Part shown: in pieces, positions 10,425-20,681 of the stretch
How the letters are laid out: each line of letters opens with the position of its first letter
Position numbering within the stretch: the stretch's first letter is position 1
DNA from: an uncultured Armatimonadetes bacterium
GTDB lineage: Bacteria; Armatimonadota; Hebobacteria; Hebobacterales; Hebobacteraceae
Length of the DNA stretch: 64,000 nt
Direction of reading: 5' to 3'
NCBI GenBank assembly: GCA_963716175.1
Contig: OY970296.1
Location: forward strand, 4,496,931-4,560,930
Notes under the pieces: generated by a model
Databases searched by the model: none
Told to the model about the DNA's origin: nothing
Seen by the model: only the letters and a program-made list of their open reading frames with translations
Made by a program: the position numbers and the translations under genes

Positions 10425-11237
10425 GCTGTCGGCCTCCTTGAACCGCCCACTGGGCAGAACCACTCCCAGCCCCCCAGGCCAGACCCTGCTAAGCCAATGG
10501 AGTGATTCCCCGGATGTATGGCTGTGTTCTTCTGCGCACGCGCCGAACGATCCTCGGGCCCTATTGCCCTCACGCGGCACCGAAGGACTAGGCATCCCCT
10601 GGTGTCGATGACAGGCGCCCCCTCTGCGGGCGCTGGCAACTACCGAAAGGTGAAAGGCATGTTTGAGAGTGGGCCGGTATCGGCGCATCCGAGCCCACAG
10701 ATGAGTTCCGGAATGCGACGGGGACCGCATTCGACCCGCGCTCGGCGCAACAGCCTCAGACCGAACCCGCAGATGGGGTAACTGATTCGCGCTCGGCATG
10801 GAGGCCGGGTCGCAGCCGTGTCGGCCTGCGATCCGGGCTCACCTCGCATCCCCCCGTCCTGGGTCAACCCCTGAGGCGGGGGTTCTGTCATTAGCGGGGT
10901 AGGGCGGAGGGGAGCCGACGTCAGAGGGGGAATGTAGCCGGCCCCGCACTCCGCCCGCAAGAATCATAACTCAGGTTGCCACAATGGAGTGAGTCACTGC
11001 CGCTTCATCGCGGATCGCGGATCCCTCCGCGGTCCCACCTCCGACGGAGCCCCTCTCCTGTCCTGGTAGTGGTCAGCCGCCAGTTCTCAGCGAATCCTGC
11101 GAGCCGCTCCCCAGTCGTCTTGCTGGACCAGGGGGGATACCTTCCCCCTCACCGGGCAGGAACACAGACGCTTCTGTGGAACGAACATCTTGAGACGAAG
11201 CCCATGCGTCCAGGACCTCGCCTCCTGAGCTGAGGCA

Positions 11238-11456
11238 GTGCGCTCGGCAGAAAGGGGAAGCGAGGCCATGCGGCTCGCCACTCAAGGCTGGAGAGGACAG
11301 CCTTCCTGGCACCGCTTTCATGCGACATCCGTCGGCAAGTGCTACCACCGCGCTGGGTGTCCTTCCCTTGGGCGAAACAGCGTCGCCGTCACCCATGCTG
11401 AAGCTCTAGCCAAAGGCCTTACGCCCTGCAAGATATGCAAGCCACAGCCTTACTAG
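11238..11456 (+). pseudogene. Ada metal-binding-like domain fragment
   Basis: GKCYHRAGCPSL...ALAKGLTPCKICKP; no convincing 5' end. Confidence 0.5.
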
Positions 11457-11673
11457 GAGGTGCAGCGGCCTCATCGCACCCCCTGGATCAGGGCCTTGTG
11501 CTCTGCCGGCGCGCACTTCTCCTGGCTGCGGTCAGCCGTCAGCTCTCAGCGCGTCGCGCTGTTCAGGCTCGCGCGGACTGCCTGCAACAGGTCTAGCGCC
11601 TTCGCCATTGCCAGGGCTAGCACCACCATGGGACAAGCGACCGGCGTCCGCTGTCACGCCTCATGGTGCCAAG

Positions 11674-11700
11674 TGTGCCTGTCAGCCGCCCGTGATGCCG
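11674..11700 (+). mobile_element. Isolated 27-bp TGY-N3-TGY IS end
   Basis: TGTGCCTGTCAGCCGCCCGTGATGCCG, close to the end at 21746. Confidence 0.6.
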
Positions 11701-11946
11701 CTGGCGTGGGCCTGGATCGGCGCATCTGGCTTCATCGTGGGTGCTCTCATCCCGCGCGGAGCGGGCCAACGATCCCCACGGCAGAGGTCCTCACGGGCAG
11801 GTTGTCAAATAGCCACAGGAAGACCGGCACGTGCAGACGGCCTCTTTGTGCTATGCCGATCAGTGGGGCCGGTTATCCCATCACACATACCAGGCAAGCT
11901 CAGTTCCGACCTGGCCACCGGTCGCTATCGCGGAGGAGGTAGCCCT

Positions 11947-13096
11947 GTGCCAGCGCGCAAGTCATCACCCGCCCAGAAGTCTAGCGTGGTCTACTTCTCA
12001 CCTGCCGGTGGGGGCGAGAAACGCGATCCCTACCGCGCCATCGACGCTCTTTTCCGCAAGGTGGTTTCGGAGAAGACTATAACCAAGGGCGACTACGTAG
12101 CGATCAAACTGCACTTCGGGGAAGCAGGCAACGTGCGGTATATACGGCCCACCTTTGCCGCGTCGACTGGCTGACCTCGTAAGGAAGGCGGGCGGCTTTC
12201 CTTACGCCACCGACAGCCTCACCCTGTACAGACATCAGCGCCACAATCTCTTCGCCCATCTTGATACCGCCGCGGACCACGGCTTCACCCGTGAGACCCT
12301 GGGCTGCCCTGTCCTCATCGCCGACGGCCTGCGCAGCAGTGGCGTCGAGGTCCAGGTCCCTGATGCCAAAGAGATACTGACGTGTACTGTTGCCCAGGCC
12401 GTATATGATGCCGACGTCCTCATCAACCTCGCCCACCTCACGCTCCATCCGGAGTTCCCCCTGGGTGCCGCACTCAAGAACTTGGGCATGGGCTGCGTCA
12501 CTAGGCAGACTAAGTTGCGTCTTCACGGCAAGACTGTTAACCCCGTGTTCGATCCCGGCAGGTGCGTTCTTTGCGGCCGGTGCCTCCGCCTGTGCCCGGG
12601 CAATGCCTTTGCCCTCAAGCGACGCAAGGTTCGTTTCGATAAGAAGCTCTGCGTGAGCTGCGGCGACTGTTTCTCGTGGTGCGAGGGAGGCGCACTGGGA
12701 ATCCCCTGGGGGGAGGAAAGCCAAATCGTCCAGCGCCGCACCTGTGAGGCCGCGCGAGGGGTCCTCTCCACCTTCTCACCCGAGAAGGTGGCCCATTTCG
12801 TGATCGCCATGGACGTTACCCCGGGTTGCGACTGCTTCGGGGCCAGCGACCTACCCATCGTACCCGACATCGGGATATTCGCCTCCACCAATCTCGTAGC
12901 GGTGGACATGGCCGCTCTCGACGCTATCCAGGCTGCGCCTGCCTATCCGGGGAGTCGGGTCGATGGCACCAGAGGGGGCATCCCTGGAGGGGATAAGATC
13001 GCAGAGGTCTGGCCTGCTCTTGACGTTGAGGTCTACCGGGGGATCCTGGCTGGATCAGGCCTAGGCAGCCTGCGCTATCAGTTGCGCCAGGTCTAG
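11947..13096 (+). CDS. DUF362 protein with 2x[4Fe-4S] ferredoxin domain (frameshift near 12160)
   Basis: VAIKLHFGEAGN, GAALKNLGMGC, CVLCGRCLRLCP, CVSCGDCFSWC, PDIGIFAS; GGAGGAGG RBS. Confidence 0.88.
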
Positions 13097-13186
13097 ACGG
13101 CCATGGGTTGCAGTCGGCGAGCGGTGACTCCGCACATCGGAGTTCGAGCTGGCCCCGGCTGGTCCGGGGCGAGGAGGCGCGCGAGC

Positions 13187-15601
13187 ATGCGGAGCTTCGG
13201 TTCAGCGGGTTGGGCGAGGCTCCCAGTGGCGCTGCTGATCGGCCTGTACGCAACCCCGGCATCCCCCGCTGCCACTCAGGGAGCGACCAGCGAGGCCATC
13301 ATCAGGGTTGACGTCTCTCATCCCCTCCGCAGCATCAGCCCGACCCTGTGGGGGATCTTCTTCGAGGACATCAGCCACGCCGCCGACGGTGGTCTCTATG
13401 CGGAGCTCGTGCGGAACCGGTCCTTCGAGGACGGCCCGCGACGCGATCACTGGTTTCTGGTGACCAGCCCGGGCGCCAAGGGGAGCATCTCCATTGACTC
13501 CTCTCGCCCCCTCAATAGTGCGAACCGAAGGGGCTTGCGTCTTCGCATCATCGATCCGAAGAAGGGCCGAGTCGGTCTCGGGAACAGCGGCTACTGGGGC
13601 ATCGCTGCGAAGAAGGAGGCGCGCTACCTGCTGTCTCTCTACGCGCGGGGCGGAGACGGGTTCAGAGGCCCGCTGGTGGTGACCTTGGAGGGCGCGGGCG
13701 GCACTGTCTACGCGCGGGCTCAGCTCGCCGGGATCGCCAAGGAGTGGCGACGCTTCACCTGCCGCCTCACCCCGGACCAGTCAGATCCATCGGCCCGGCT
13801 CGTGATCGCGGCCTCTTCTCCAGGCACGGTCTGGCTGGACCTGGTGTCGCTCTTCCCCGAGGATACCTTCCTGCGCCGTCTCAATGGCCTTCGTGCCGAC
13901 CTGGCTCAGATGCTGGCCGATCTCAAGCCCTCTGCCGTGCGCTTCCCGGGAGGCTGCTACGTGGAGGGCGACTCCCCCCCCAACGCCTATCGCTGGAAGC
14001 GCACGGTCGGCGATGTCGCCGCGCGAGAGGAGCACTGGAACCTCTGGGGGTACCGCACCACCAATGGGCTCGGCTACCACGAGTACCTCCAGTTGTGCGA
14101 GGACCTGGGGGCCGAGCCGGTTCCGGTCATCAACTGTGGCATGACTCACGGCGGCTTCGTTCCCCTAGCACAGATGGGCGCGTGGGTGCAAGACGCGCTG
14201 GATGCCATCGAGTACGCGAACGGCCCGGTTACCAGTCGCTGGGGAGGGCTGCGCGCCCAGCACGGCCATCCGGCCCCATTCAACCTCAAGTACATCGAGA
14301 TCGGCAACGAGAACTACGGGCCCGAGTACGACCGGCGGTACCCTCTCTTCCACGAGGCGATCCGAGCGCGCTATCCGAACATCAAGATCATCGCAAGTCA
14401 GCCCGTTGCCGGTTACCGGGCTGATCTTCTCGCTACCCACCTGTATATGGGTCCTGACTGGTTCTACACGCGGGCGCATGTGTATGACAGTCGAGATCGC
14501 GCCGAGCCCGCGCTGTCGCTGAACGAGTACGCCTGCACCCACAGTTGCGGCCGCGGCAACCTGCGCGCGGCCCTCGCCGAGGCCGCCTTCATGACAGGCC
14601 TCGAACGAAACTCAGATGTGGTGCAGATGGCTGCCTATGCCCCCCTCTTCGCCAACGCTAACCGGCCCTGCTGGAACCCCAACCTCATTTGGTTCGATAG
14701 CGCCCGTGCCTACGGCACCCCCTCCTACTACGCCCAGCAGCTCTTCAGTCGGAACCGGGGGGATGTCGCCCTACCCGTCTCAATGGCCCTTAGATACGAT
14801 GCGCAGCCGCCCCGGGGCCGGATCGGCGTCGGCACCTGGAAGACGCAGGCCGAGTTCGCGGACGTGCGCGTCACCCACGACGGCCGCACGCTCTCGGCAG
14901 CCGACTTCGCGGCCTGGCGTGGAGTACACGGCACCTGGACGACAGAGGAGGGTGTATACCGCCAGACGAGCTTCGACGAGTCCTGCTTTGCGGTTGCGGG
15001 TGACCCTACGTGGTCGGACTACACGCTGACGCTCCGTGCTCGCAAGCTGGCCGGTGCGGAGGGCTTCCTTGTGATGTTCCGCGTGCGCGACGACGCAGAC
15101 TGGTCCTGGTGGGTGGTTGGCGGCTGGGGCAACACTCAGCACGCGGTGCAGAAGTGCGTCGGCAATGACAAGGAGTTGGTAGGGAGTCCGGTGCCAGGTT
15201 CGGTGGAGACCGGCCGCTGGTATCGCCTGCGGGTGGAGGTCGAAGGCTGGCGTACCCGCTGCTACCTGGACGACCGGCTCGTGCTCGATGTCACTGACAC
15301 CGGGTTCGCGCCCGTCGCGGCGGGGGCCGTCGGGGAGGCGGCCACGGGAGAGGTCATCCTCAAGATAGTCAACGGCGCGAACGACCCCCTGCAGGCCGCG
15401 GTCACTCTCGAAGGGGTTAGCTCGGTTGCCCCTCGAGGGACGGCTGTGGTGCTGACGAGCAGCAGCCCGGAGGAGGAGAACTCATTTGAGCACCCCACAC
15501 GGGTGTCGCCGGTGACGCAGGTGGCCGAGGGACTCGGGAGGTCGTTCAACTGGCTGTTTCCCGCGAACTCGCTGACGGTCCTGCGCGTGAAGGCAGAGTA
15601 G
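13187..15601 (+). CDS. Secreted alpha-L-arabinofuranosidase (GH51)
   Basis: FFEDISHAADGGLYAELVRNRSFE, RFPGGC, IEIGNEN, GLERNSDVVQMAAYAPLF; signal peptide. Confidence 0.93.
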   Translation: MRSFGSAGWARLPVALLIGLYATPASPAATQGATSEAIIRVDVSHPLRSISPTLWGIFFEDISHAADGGLYAELVRNRSFEDGPRRDHWFLVTSPGAKGSISIDSSRPLNSANRRGLRLRIIDPKKGRVGLGNSGYWGIAAKKEARYLLSLYARGGDGFRGPLVVTLEGAGGTVYARAQLAGIAKEWRRFTCRLTPDQSDPSARLVIAASSPGTVWLDLVSLFPEDTFLRRLNGLRADLAQMLADLKPSAVRFPGGCYVEGDSPPNAYRWKRTVGDVAAREEHWNLWGYRTTNGLGYHEYLQLCEDLGAEPVPVINCGMTHGGFVPLAQMGAWVQDALDAIEYANGPVTSRWGGLRAQHGHPAPFNLKYIEIGNENYGPEYDRRYPLFHEAIRARYPNIKIIASQPVAGYRADLLATHLYMGPDWFYTRAHVYDSRDRAEPALSLNEYACTHSCGRGNLRAALAEAAFMTGLERNSDVVQMAAYAPLFANANRPCWNPNLIWFDSARAYGTPSYYAQQLFSRNRGDVALPVSMALRYDAQPPRGRIGVGTWKTQAEFADVRVTHDGRTLSAADFAAWRGVHGTWTTEEGVYRQTSFDESCFAVAGDPTWSDYTLTLRARKLAGAEGFLVMFRVRDDADWSWWVVGGWGNTQHAVQKCVGNDKELVGSPVPGSVETGRWYRLRVEVEGWRTRCYLDDRLVLDVTDTGFAPVAAGAVGEAATGEVILKIVNGANDPLQAAVTLEGVSSVAPRGTAVVLTSSSPEEENSFEHPTRVSPVTQVAEGLGRSFNWLFPANSLTVLRVKAE

Positions 15602-15640
15602 GATGTGGCGCGGGTCGACAGCCACCACAAGGAGGGTCCA

Positions 15641-17878
15641 GTGAGATTCCGACCCTGGCCTGTAGCGGCGCTGCTTTTCCTGCTGGTGTGGACAGCACCT
15701 CCGCACAGTTGGGCAGGCGGTACCCCGGCCGAGGCCGACGCATTCGCCGCGCTCACTGCCGGAGTCACACGGGTGGGCGGGTACAGATGCTGGCCCGACG
15801 CCATCATGATTTCATCGCCGGAGTGCGTCCCAGTCCTGGTCGGCAGCGATGTCGCCTACACCGGTGACAACGTGTACTGTCGGGGCTCATTCCCTCCGGT
15901 GGCCGTGGCACGGGTGTTCGGGGCGGGCCGGGTCATCGCCTACAGTGAACAGGGGTACCTGAAGGAGGACGACAACGATGGGAACGGCGTGCCCCTGGTG
16001 AAGGAGTACGACAATCTCAGGTCCGCGCTCAACGCGGTCGCGTGGCTGAGCGGCGGGGGGCACAGGAAGACGGTTGCCCTGATGGGAAGCCACGGCTGCG
16101 AGGTCACCGCCCAGGGTGGCTACGGGATCTTCGTGGACGCGGTGCGGAAAGCCGGCTTCTCGGTGATGGCCCTGGAGGCCAGGCCAACGCCGACTGAACT
16201 CGCCCGCTACGACTGCGTCGTGGTCGGTGTCCCGCGGCTGGCATTCCAGCCGGCCGACGTGGCGGCCTTCGAAGACTACGTGCGCAAGGGTGGCGGGCTC
16301 CTGCTGCTCGGCAAGGCGTCGCGCCCTCGCGCCAAGGCGCTTGCTGACCATCCCTTGAACCAGCTCGCCATGCGGTTTGGGATGAAGTTCACGGAATCCA
16401 CTGTCACGGACCCGGCCAGTCATTGCGGCCATGATCCCGCGAACCCGCTGTTCGTGGTGGCCCAGTCGGCCCCCCAGGTCCGTCGCAGCCCGCGGGTCCT
16501 TCTCGACTTCAGCTTGCACTCGGTGTACGGGTACCGGGAGAGCCTGTTCGACCGCTACCTCGGGCCGGACGGGTGGTTCACGGCGTGGACTTTCGACTAC
16601 CCCCGCCGCGCCGAACTCGACAAGTACGATGTGCTGATCGTCGCCAGTTCGTCACCATTTGCCATCCCCCAGCTGGAGATCGATGAGATCCGGGATTTCG
16701 TCTCGAACGGCGGGGGGCTGTTCCTGGCCGGCGACGAGTGCGACTACTACGAGAGGGCTTGGGCGAACCAGGAGGAGGACTACCCCCTCAACGCCCTTGC
16801 CGCGGTCTTCGGGTTCGGGTTCACGGGCGCCCGTGCCGACCGCCCCTGCGCGTTCACCTCCGGCGCCCAACCGAGCCAGGGCTGGGAAGTCGACGCCCGG
16901 ATGGAAGGGGACAAGCCAGAGAACATCATCACCGTCCCGGAGAACGCGGAGGTGGTCCTCGAAGATCAATCGGGACGCCCGGTGCTGGCGACCGCGCAGT
17001 ACGGGCGGGGGCGCGTGGCCGTCCTCGGCGCACGCACCTGCATATCGAGTCCGGTCGACACGCACCTGATCAACCAGGAACTGGTAAGGCGCCTATTCGC
17101 GTGGCTGGCAGAGGGTACACGCGCGGCGCCTTCCTTCGCACCTGAGCGGCGAGAGACCCTCGCTCCTGCGCGGCTCGGATCGGGTGTCATCAGAGTGCAT
17201 GGCCTGCCGCCCATGGACTCGGTCCTGGAGAAGGCCTACCGGCGGGCGCGCGAGGTGATGGACCTGATCACTGAGATCTTCGGATACCAACCGGCTGGGA
17301 CCTGGCACTTGGTCCCGTTTGCCGATTGCGTCGGGGGAGGGGGTGCGGCCGGATACGAGGACGGGTTCATCGTTGGCTTTGGGGCGCTGGCCATGGATCT
17401 GCGCGAGGAGACCTCCATGACGGGGGTGATTGCACATGAGATGGCGCATACCTTCATCAACGGCCGGCTGAGCAACCTCGAGGAGTCGTACGCGTCACTG
17501 GCTGCCTATCGTGCAGTATCGCAGATCGGCCTCGCACAGTACTACCCCGAACCCGACCCGGAGATCCCGGGGAGGCTGGAGGCCTGGACGCGTCGCGCCT
17601 TCGAGCAGTACGACCCGAACGGGGACCGACTAGACATGGCGCTCCCGTCCACGCCGGAGAACTCCAACGCCATGTTCGGCAAGGGCATGTGGGTGATCGA
17701 GGAGCTGGAGAAGCAGTATGGAGGCGACTTCATGCGGCGCTATTTCCAGTTCCTGGAGAGCGAGCATGTGAAGGGAGGGCTGAGCATGCAACAGGTGGTG
17801 GCGTATATGAGCAGGGTGGCGGGAGAGGATCAGACCGAGTGGTTCAAGAGCTTCGGGACGTGGGGAGGCGGGAGATAG
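15641..17878 (+). CDS. Secreted protein: two GATase-like (DUF4350-type) domains plus HExxH metallopeptidase domain
   Basis: Signal peptide; repeated (Y/F)VxxGGGL; AHEMAH..EESYAS; C-terminal SRVAGEDQTEWF. Confidence 0.75.
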   Translation: MRFRPWPVAALLFLLVWTAPPHSWAGGTPAEADAFAALTAGVTRVGGYRCWPDAIMISSPECVPVLVGSDVAYTGDNVYCRGSFPPVAVARVFGAGRVIAYSEQGYLKEDDNDGNGVPLVKEYDNLRSALNAVAWLSGGGHRKTVALMGSHGCEVTAQGGYGIFVDAVRKAGFSVMALEARPTPTELARYDCVVVGVPRLAFQPADVAAFEDYVRKGGGLLLLGKASRPRAKALADHPLNQLAMRFGMKFTESTVTDPASHCGHDPANPLFVVAQSAPQVRRSPRVLLDFSLHSVYGYRESLFDRYLGPDGWFTAWTFDYPRRAELDKYDVLIVASSSPFAIPQLEIDEIRDFVSNGGGLFLAGDECDYYERAWANQEEDYPLNALAAVFGFGFTGARADRPCAFTSGAQPSQGWEVDARMEGDKPENIITVPENAEVVLEDQSGRPVLATAQYGRGRVAVLGARTCISSPVDTHLINQELVRRLFAWLAEGTRAAPSFAPERRETLAPARLGSGVIRVHGLPPMDSVLEKAYRRAREVMDLITEIFGYQPAGTWHLVPFADCVGGGGAAGYEDGFIVGFGALAMDLREETSMTGVIAHEMAHTFINGRLSNLEESYASLAAYRAVSQIGLAQYYPEPDPEIPGRLEAWTRRAFEQYDPNGDRLDMALPSTPENSNAMFGKGMWVIEELEKQYGGDFMRRYFQFLESEHVKGGLSMQQVVAYMSRVAGEDQTEWFKSFGTWGGGR

Positions 17879-18132
17879 GGCCGAAGGGGCCTCATCGGCC
17901 GCCTCCTCGGTTCAGCCCCGCCCCCGGGCCCAGTGGATGCGATCCCCTACCTCCCTGTGCGGGCGGGCCGCGCACCTCATGAGCGTTCTTGCAGCCGCAG
18001 CTTGCTAGGGAGACCGACTGAGCCTCTGAACTCCGGACCCCGTCCACGTTCCCGCAGCCTCGATGGCAGGTCAGTCTTCTCCACTAACTTCCCAAATATC
18101 GTCGACGTCTACATGCAGACGCGGTTTCGACA

Positions 18133-20211
18133 TCACTGCTGAACGCCCGAGGAAGACGAACACAGATCGGCAATGAGCGCCATGGCCTTCGCGTTCCGTG
18201 TCTCCGACCCATGGAACCCGCTCAGGCCGAACATCCACCATAGATTGCGGCCTGCAAGCGCCGAGTAGAGTGCTGCGTAGGCCTCATCTTGAGAGTATCC
18301 CTGAGGCTCAAGGATTGCCCAAGCCTGATCCCAGGTTCGGAAGAACCTCTTCGTGATCTCCTTGCCGAATCGCGTCGGCAGATAGGTTTCGACGAAGAAG
18401 AAGAGGTTGTCGTTCTTCCCCCGGGGAGGGTTGTGGGGGTTCTCGAGATTGTCAAAGAAGCGCTGCCCCTCTTCTTGGCGATGAGGGCGGGCGAACTCCT
18501 CTCCGTGTATGGCCTCAATCGCTAGCTGGGCGAGCATCGAGGCCACCACTTCGTTCTTCGGTCCCTCCAGATGGAACAACTGCCACTCCATGCGGTGACC
18601 CACTTCGTGCAAAGCTGCGCTTTCCCAAGTGAGAGAGGCAGGATCCCGTTGATGCCACCAGACGAAGCCATGAGTGAAGACCGCCTGCCCCCACCAGGCC
18701 GCCCACAGGCCAACAGGATGAATCCGGAAGCTCCTTTCTGGGTTGTCCGGGGGCTCCGTGCCTATGTAGCCGCTCATTATAGAGTAAGCGCGCTCCAGAC
18801 GCGCGGCCAGCGCGGATGTCTTCGCGTGGAACCCTGTGGGGGCGTAGATGTCAAAGTGCTCTGTGCGAACCGTATCGAAGGTGTACTCATATTCAGGGTC
18901 ATAGAGGGCACCTTGGCGGAAGACGAACCCGCCATAGGGCCCCAAGTCCCATTCAAGAGCAAATGTCGAAGACTGGGGGAAGGATTGCTTGATGTCGAAC
19001 CCAAGGTGGTCCGCGACCACCTCCAGGGCCGAATCGTGCAGCACACGGCCTCCGCCGGTCTCGTAGATTCGGATCGGTATCTTGGGACGGCCGGACGAGC
19101 GGGTGTAGAACTGAAGCATGTTCCCGTAGGCGTCCACAGTGGGGCCTAGCCAGAACTGAGTGCGGGAGTCAGCACTGTAGTTGTAGACTCTCACTCCGGG
19201 AGTCAGCGGGCCCCCCGCGGCAAGGGTCACTGGCGCCGGAGTTGACAGGTCAACTCCTCGCAAGTGGAAGACGTAGGTCCACAGCTCAGGGGTCTCGAAC
19301 TTGACGTAGAACACGTAGTTGATGAAGTCCGGCGTCAGGTACGCATCGGCCTCGCCGCTGAGTGTGAAGGAAGTGTGGCCCCAGTGGCGTTCGATGTCTT
19401 GGTAGGGGAAGCACAGTTTCCACTCTATCGCACCGGTTGACCCCTTCGGCGGTGCGCTGATGAAGTGAATGCGGCGCAGTGGTATGCTCGCGGCATCTGT
19501 TTCGCAGTCCTGTCCGGTGCTGACGTTGCTGAGGAAGACGAAGTACCCCTCTCTGTCGCTGGTAGGACGCCGTACCAGAAAGAGTGCGAGCTCCTCATCC
19601 AGATTAGTGTGGATGCTGCAGACGCCCTCAGTGGTCCGGCCGATGTCGGGCATCAGGCAATTCGGCACCATTGCTGATGGTGCGGCGTATATCTCATCCA
19701 GATCGCTCGGCGAACCCGCGCGGTCACGGAAAGTGAGTGCGAAGCCCCGGTCTGGCTGCATCTCACACGCGGTGTCGGACTGCACAGTCACGTCGGCCAG
19801 CAGAAACAACGCCTGCCCGCTATTGCTAGTGCTGTAGCTTGCTCCCCCTCCGGCCACGATGCGCCAACGGCCGCGCTGCAGATGAAGGCGGCACGCGCCA
19901 TCAGTGCCTGTCTGCGAGAACCCATCGCGGGGATATGCGATAGGCCAGTCCTGCGAGTAGGCCTTGACGGAGGCGCCGGGTACGGCGTTCCCTGTTGCAT
20001 CCAGCACCTGCACCCCCAAGGTGGAGAACCGAAACCCCTCAAGTGCGGCGCAAGCAGGGGACTGCGTTCGAATCGCAGCAGCAAGCACGAGGAGCAGTAT
20101 AGACAGCTGTCTTGCCGCGCGGCGCCACCAAGGTCGTGGCCACATCCCGAGCATTCCCCCTTGCTCCCTCCGCAGTCTGAGGTGCATCGCGACCAGAGCC
20201 AGGATGAGCAA
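18133..20211 (-). CDS. Secreted HExxH (M60-like/gluzincin) metallopeptidase with N-terminal beta-sandwich; true start probably 20145-20154
   Basis: LHEVGH..NEVVAS; SALAGRNLWWMF; signal peptide; VLDATGNAVPGA. Confidence 0.75.
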   Translation of the reverse strand: MLILALVAMHLRLRREQGGMLGMWPRPWWRRAARQLSILLLVLAAAIRTQSPACAALEGFRFSTLGVQVLDATGNAVPGASVKAYSQDWPIAYPRDGFSQTGTDGACRLHLQRGRWRIVAGGGASYSTSNSGQALFLLADVTVQSDTACEMQPDRGFALTFRDRAGSPSDLDEIYAAPSAMVPNCLMPDIGRTTEGVCSIHTNLDEELALFLVRRPTSDREGYFVFLSNVSTGQDCETDAASIPLRRIHFISAPPKGSTGAIEWKLCFPYQDIERHWGHTSFTLSGEADAYLTPDFINYVFYVKFETPELWTYVFHLRGVDLSTPAPVTLAAGGPLTPGVRVYNYSADSRTQFWLGPTVDAYGNMLQFYTRSSGRPKIPIRIYETGGGRVLHDSALEVVADHLGFDIKQSFPQSSTFALEWDLGPYGGFVFRQGALYDPEYEYTFDTVRTEHFDIYAPTGFHAKTSALAARLERAYSIMSGYIGTEPPDNPERSFRIHPVGLWAAWWGQAVFTHGFVWWHQRDPASLTWESAALHEVGHRMEWQLFHLEGPKNEVVASMLAQLAIEAIHGEEFARPHRQEEGQRFFDNLENPHNPPRGKNDNLFFFVETYLPTRFGKEITKRFFRTWDQAWAILEPQGYSQDEAYAALYSALAGRNLWWMFGLSGFHGSETRNAKAMALIADLCSSSSGVQQ

Positions 20212-20254
20212 TCCTTCGCCCCAGCAACTGGTGGCCCCTGTTTCCAGGTCACTG

Positions 20255-20623
20255 TGCGGGTGTTAGATGGGCTTGGGACACTAGTCTGGCGGCCGAGATG
20301 GCGTGCCGCGCCGGACGGACGATGGCGATACGGCGGGGGCGGCACTAGTGATGGGACAGCAGCGCGGGACAGCGGGATCGAGGGTTGCGGCAGGCGCGGT
20401 GAAACGCGCCGAGCTGCGAGGTGGCACTGGCCGCGGTCGGCGGGGCAGTCGGGCCGCGAGCCGGTATGCGCTGATCCTGGTGTCGGCGAAGACGCGGCGG
20501 TCGAAGCGGCTCGGAACGGCGCCCGCAGGCACCGCCCAAAGGTCTACTGTGGTAGAATGGCCAGGACTCGCAGCCAGGCCTACAGGGCTGTCCGAGGTGT
20601 CCCATTGCCATTTGGCACCCGCA
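20255..20623. mobile_element. 369-bp MITE-like element with 27-bp inverted repeats
   Basis: Left TGCGGGTGTTAGATGGGCTTGGGACAC; right end reverse-complemented TGCGGGTGCCAAATGGCAATGGGACAC. Confidence 0.7.
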
Positions 20624-20681
20624 GGGTGCGCGGTAGAGTCGCCCAGAATCTCCACGAGAACGTACGAAGGGAATACCGAAG

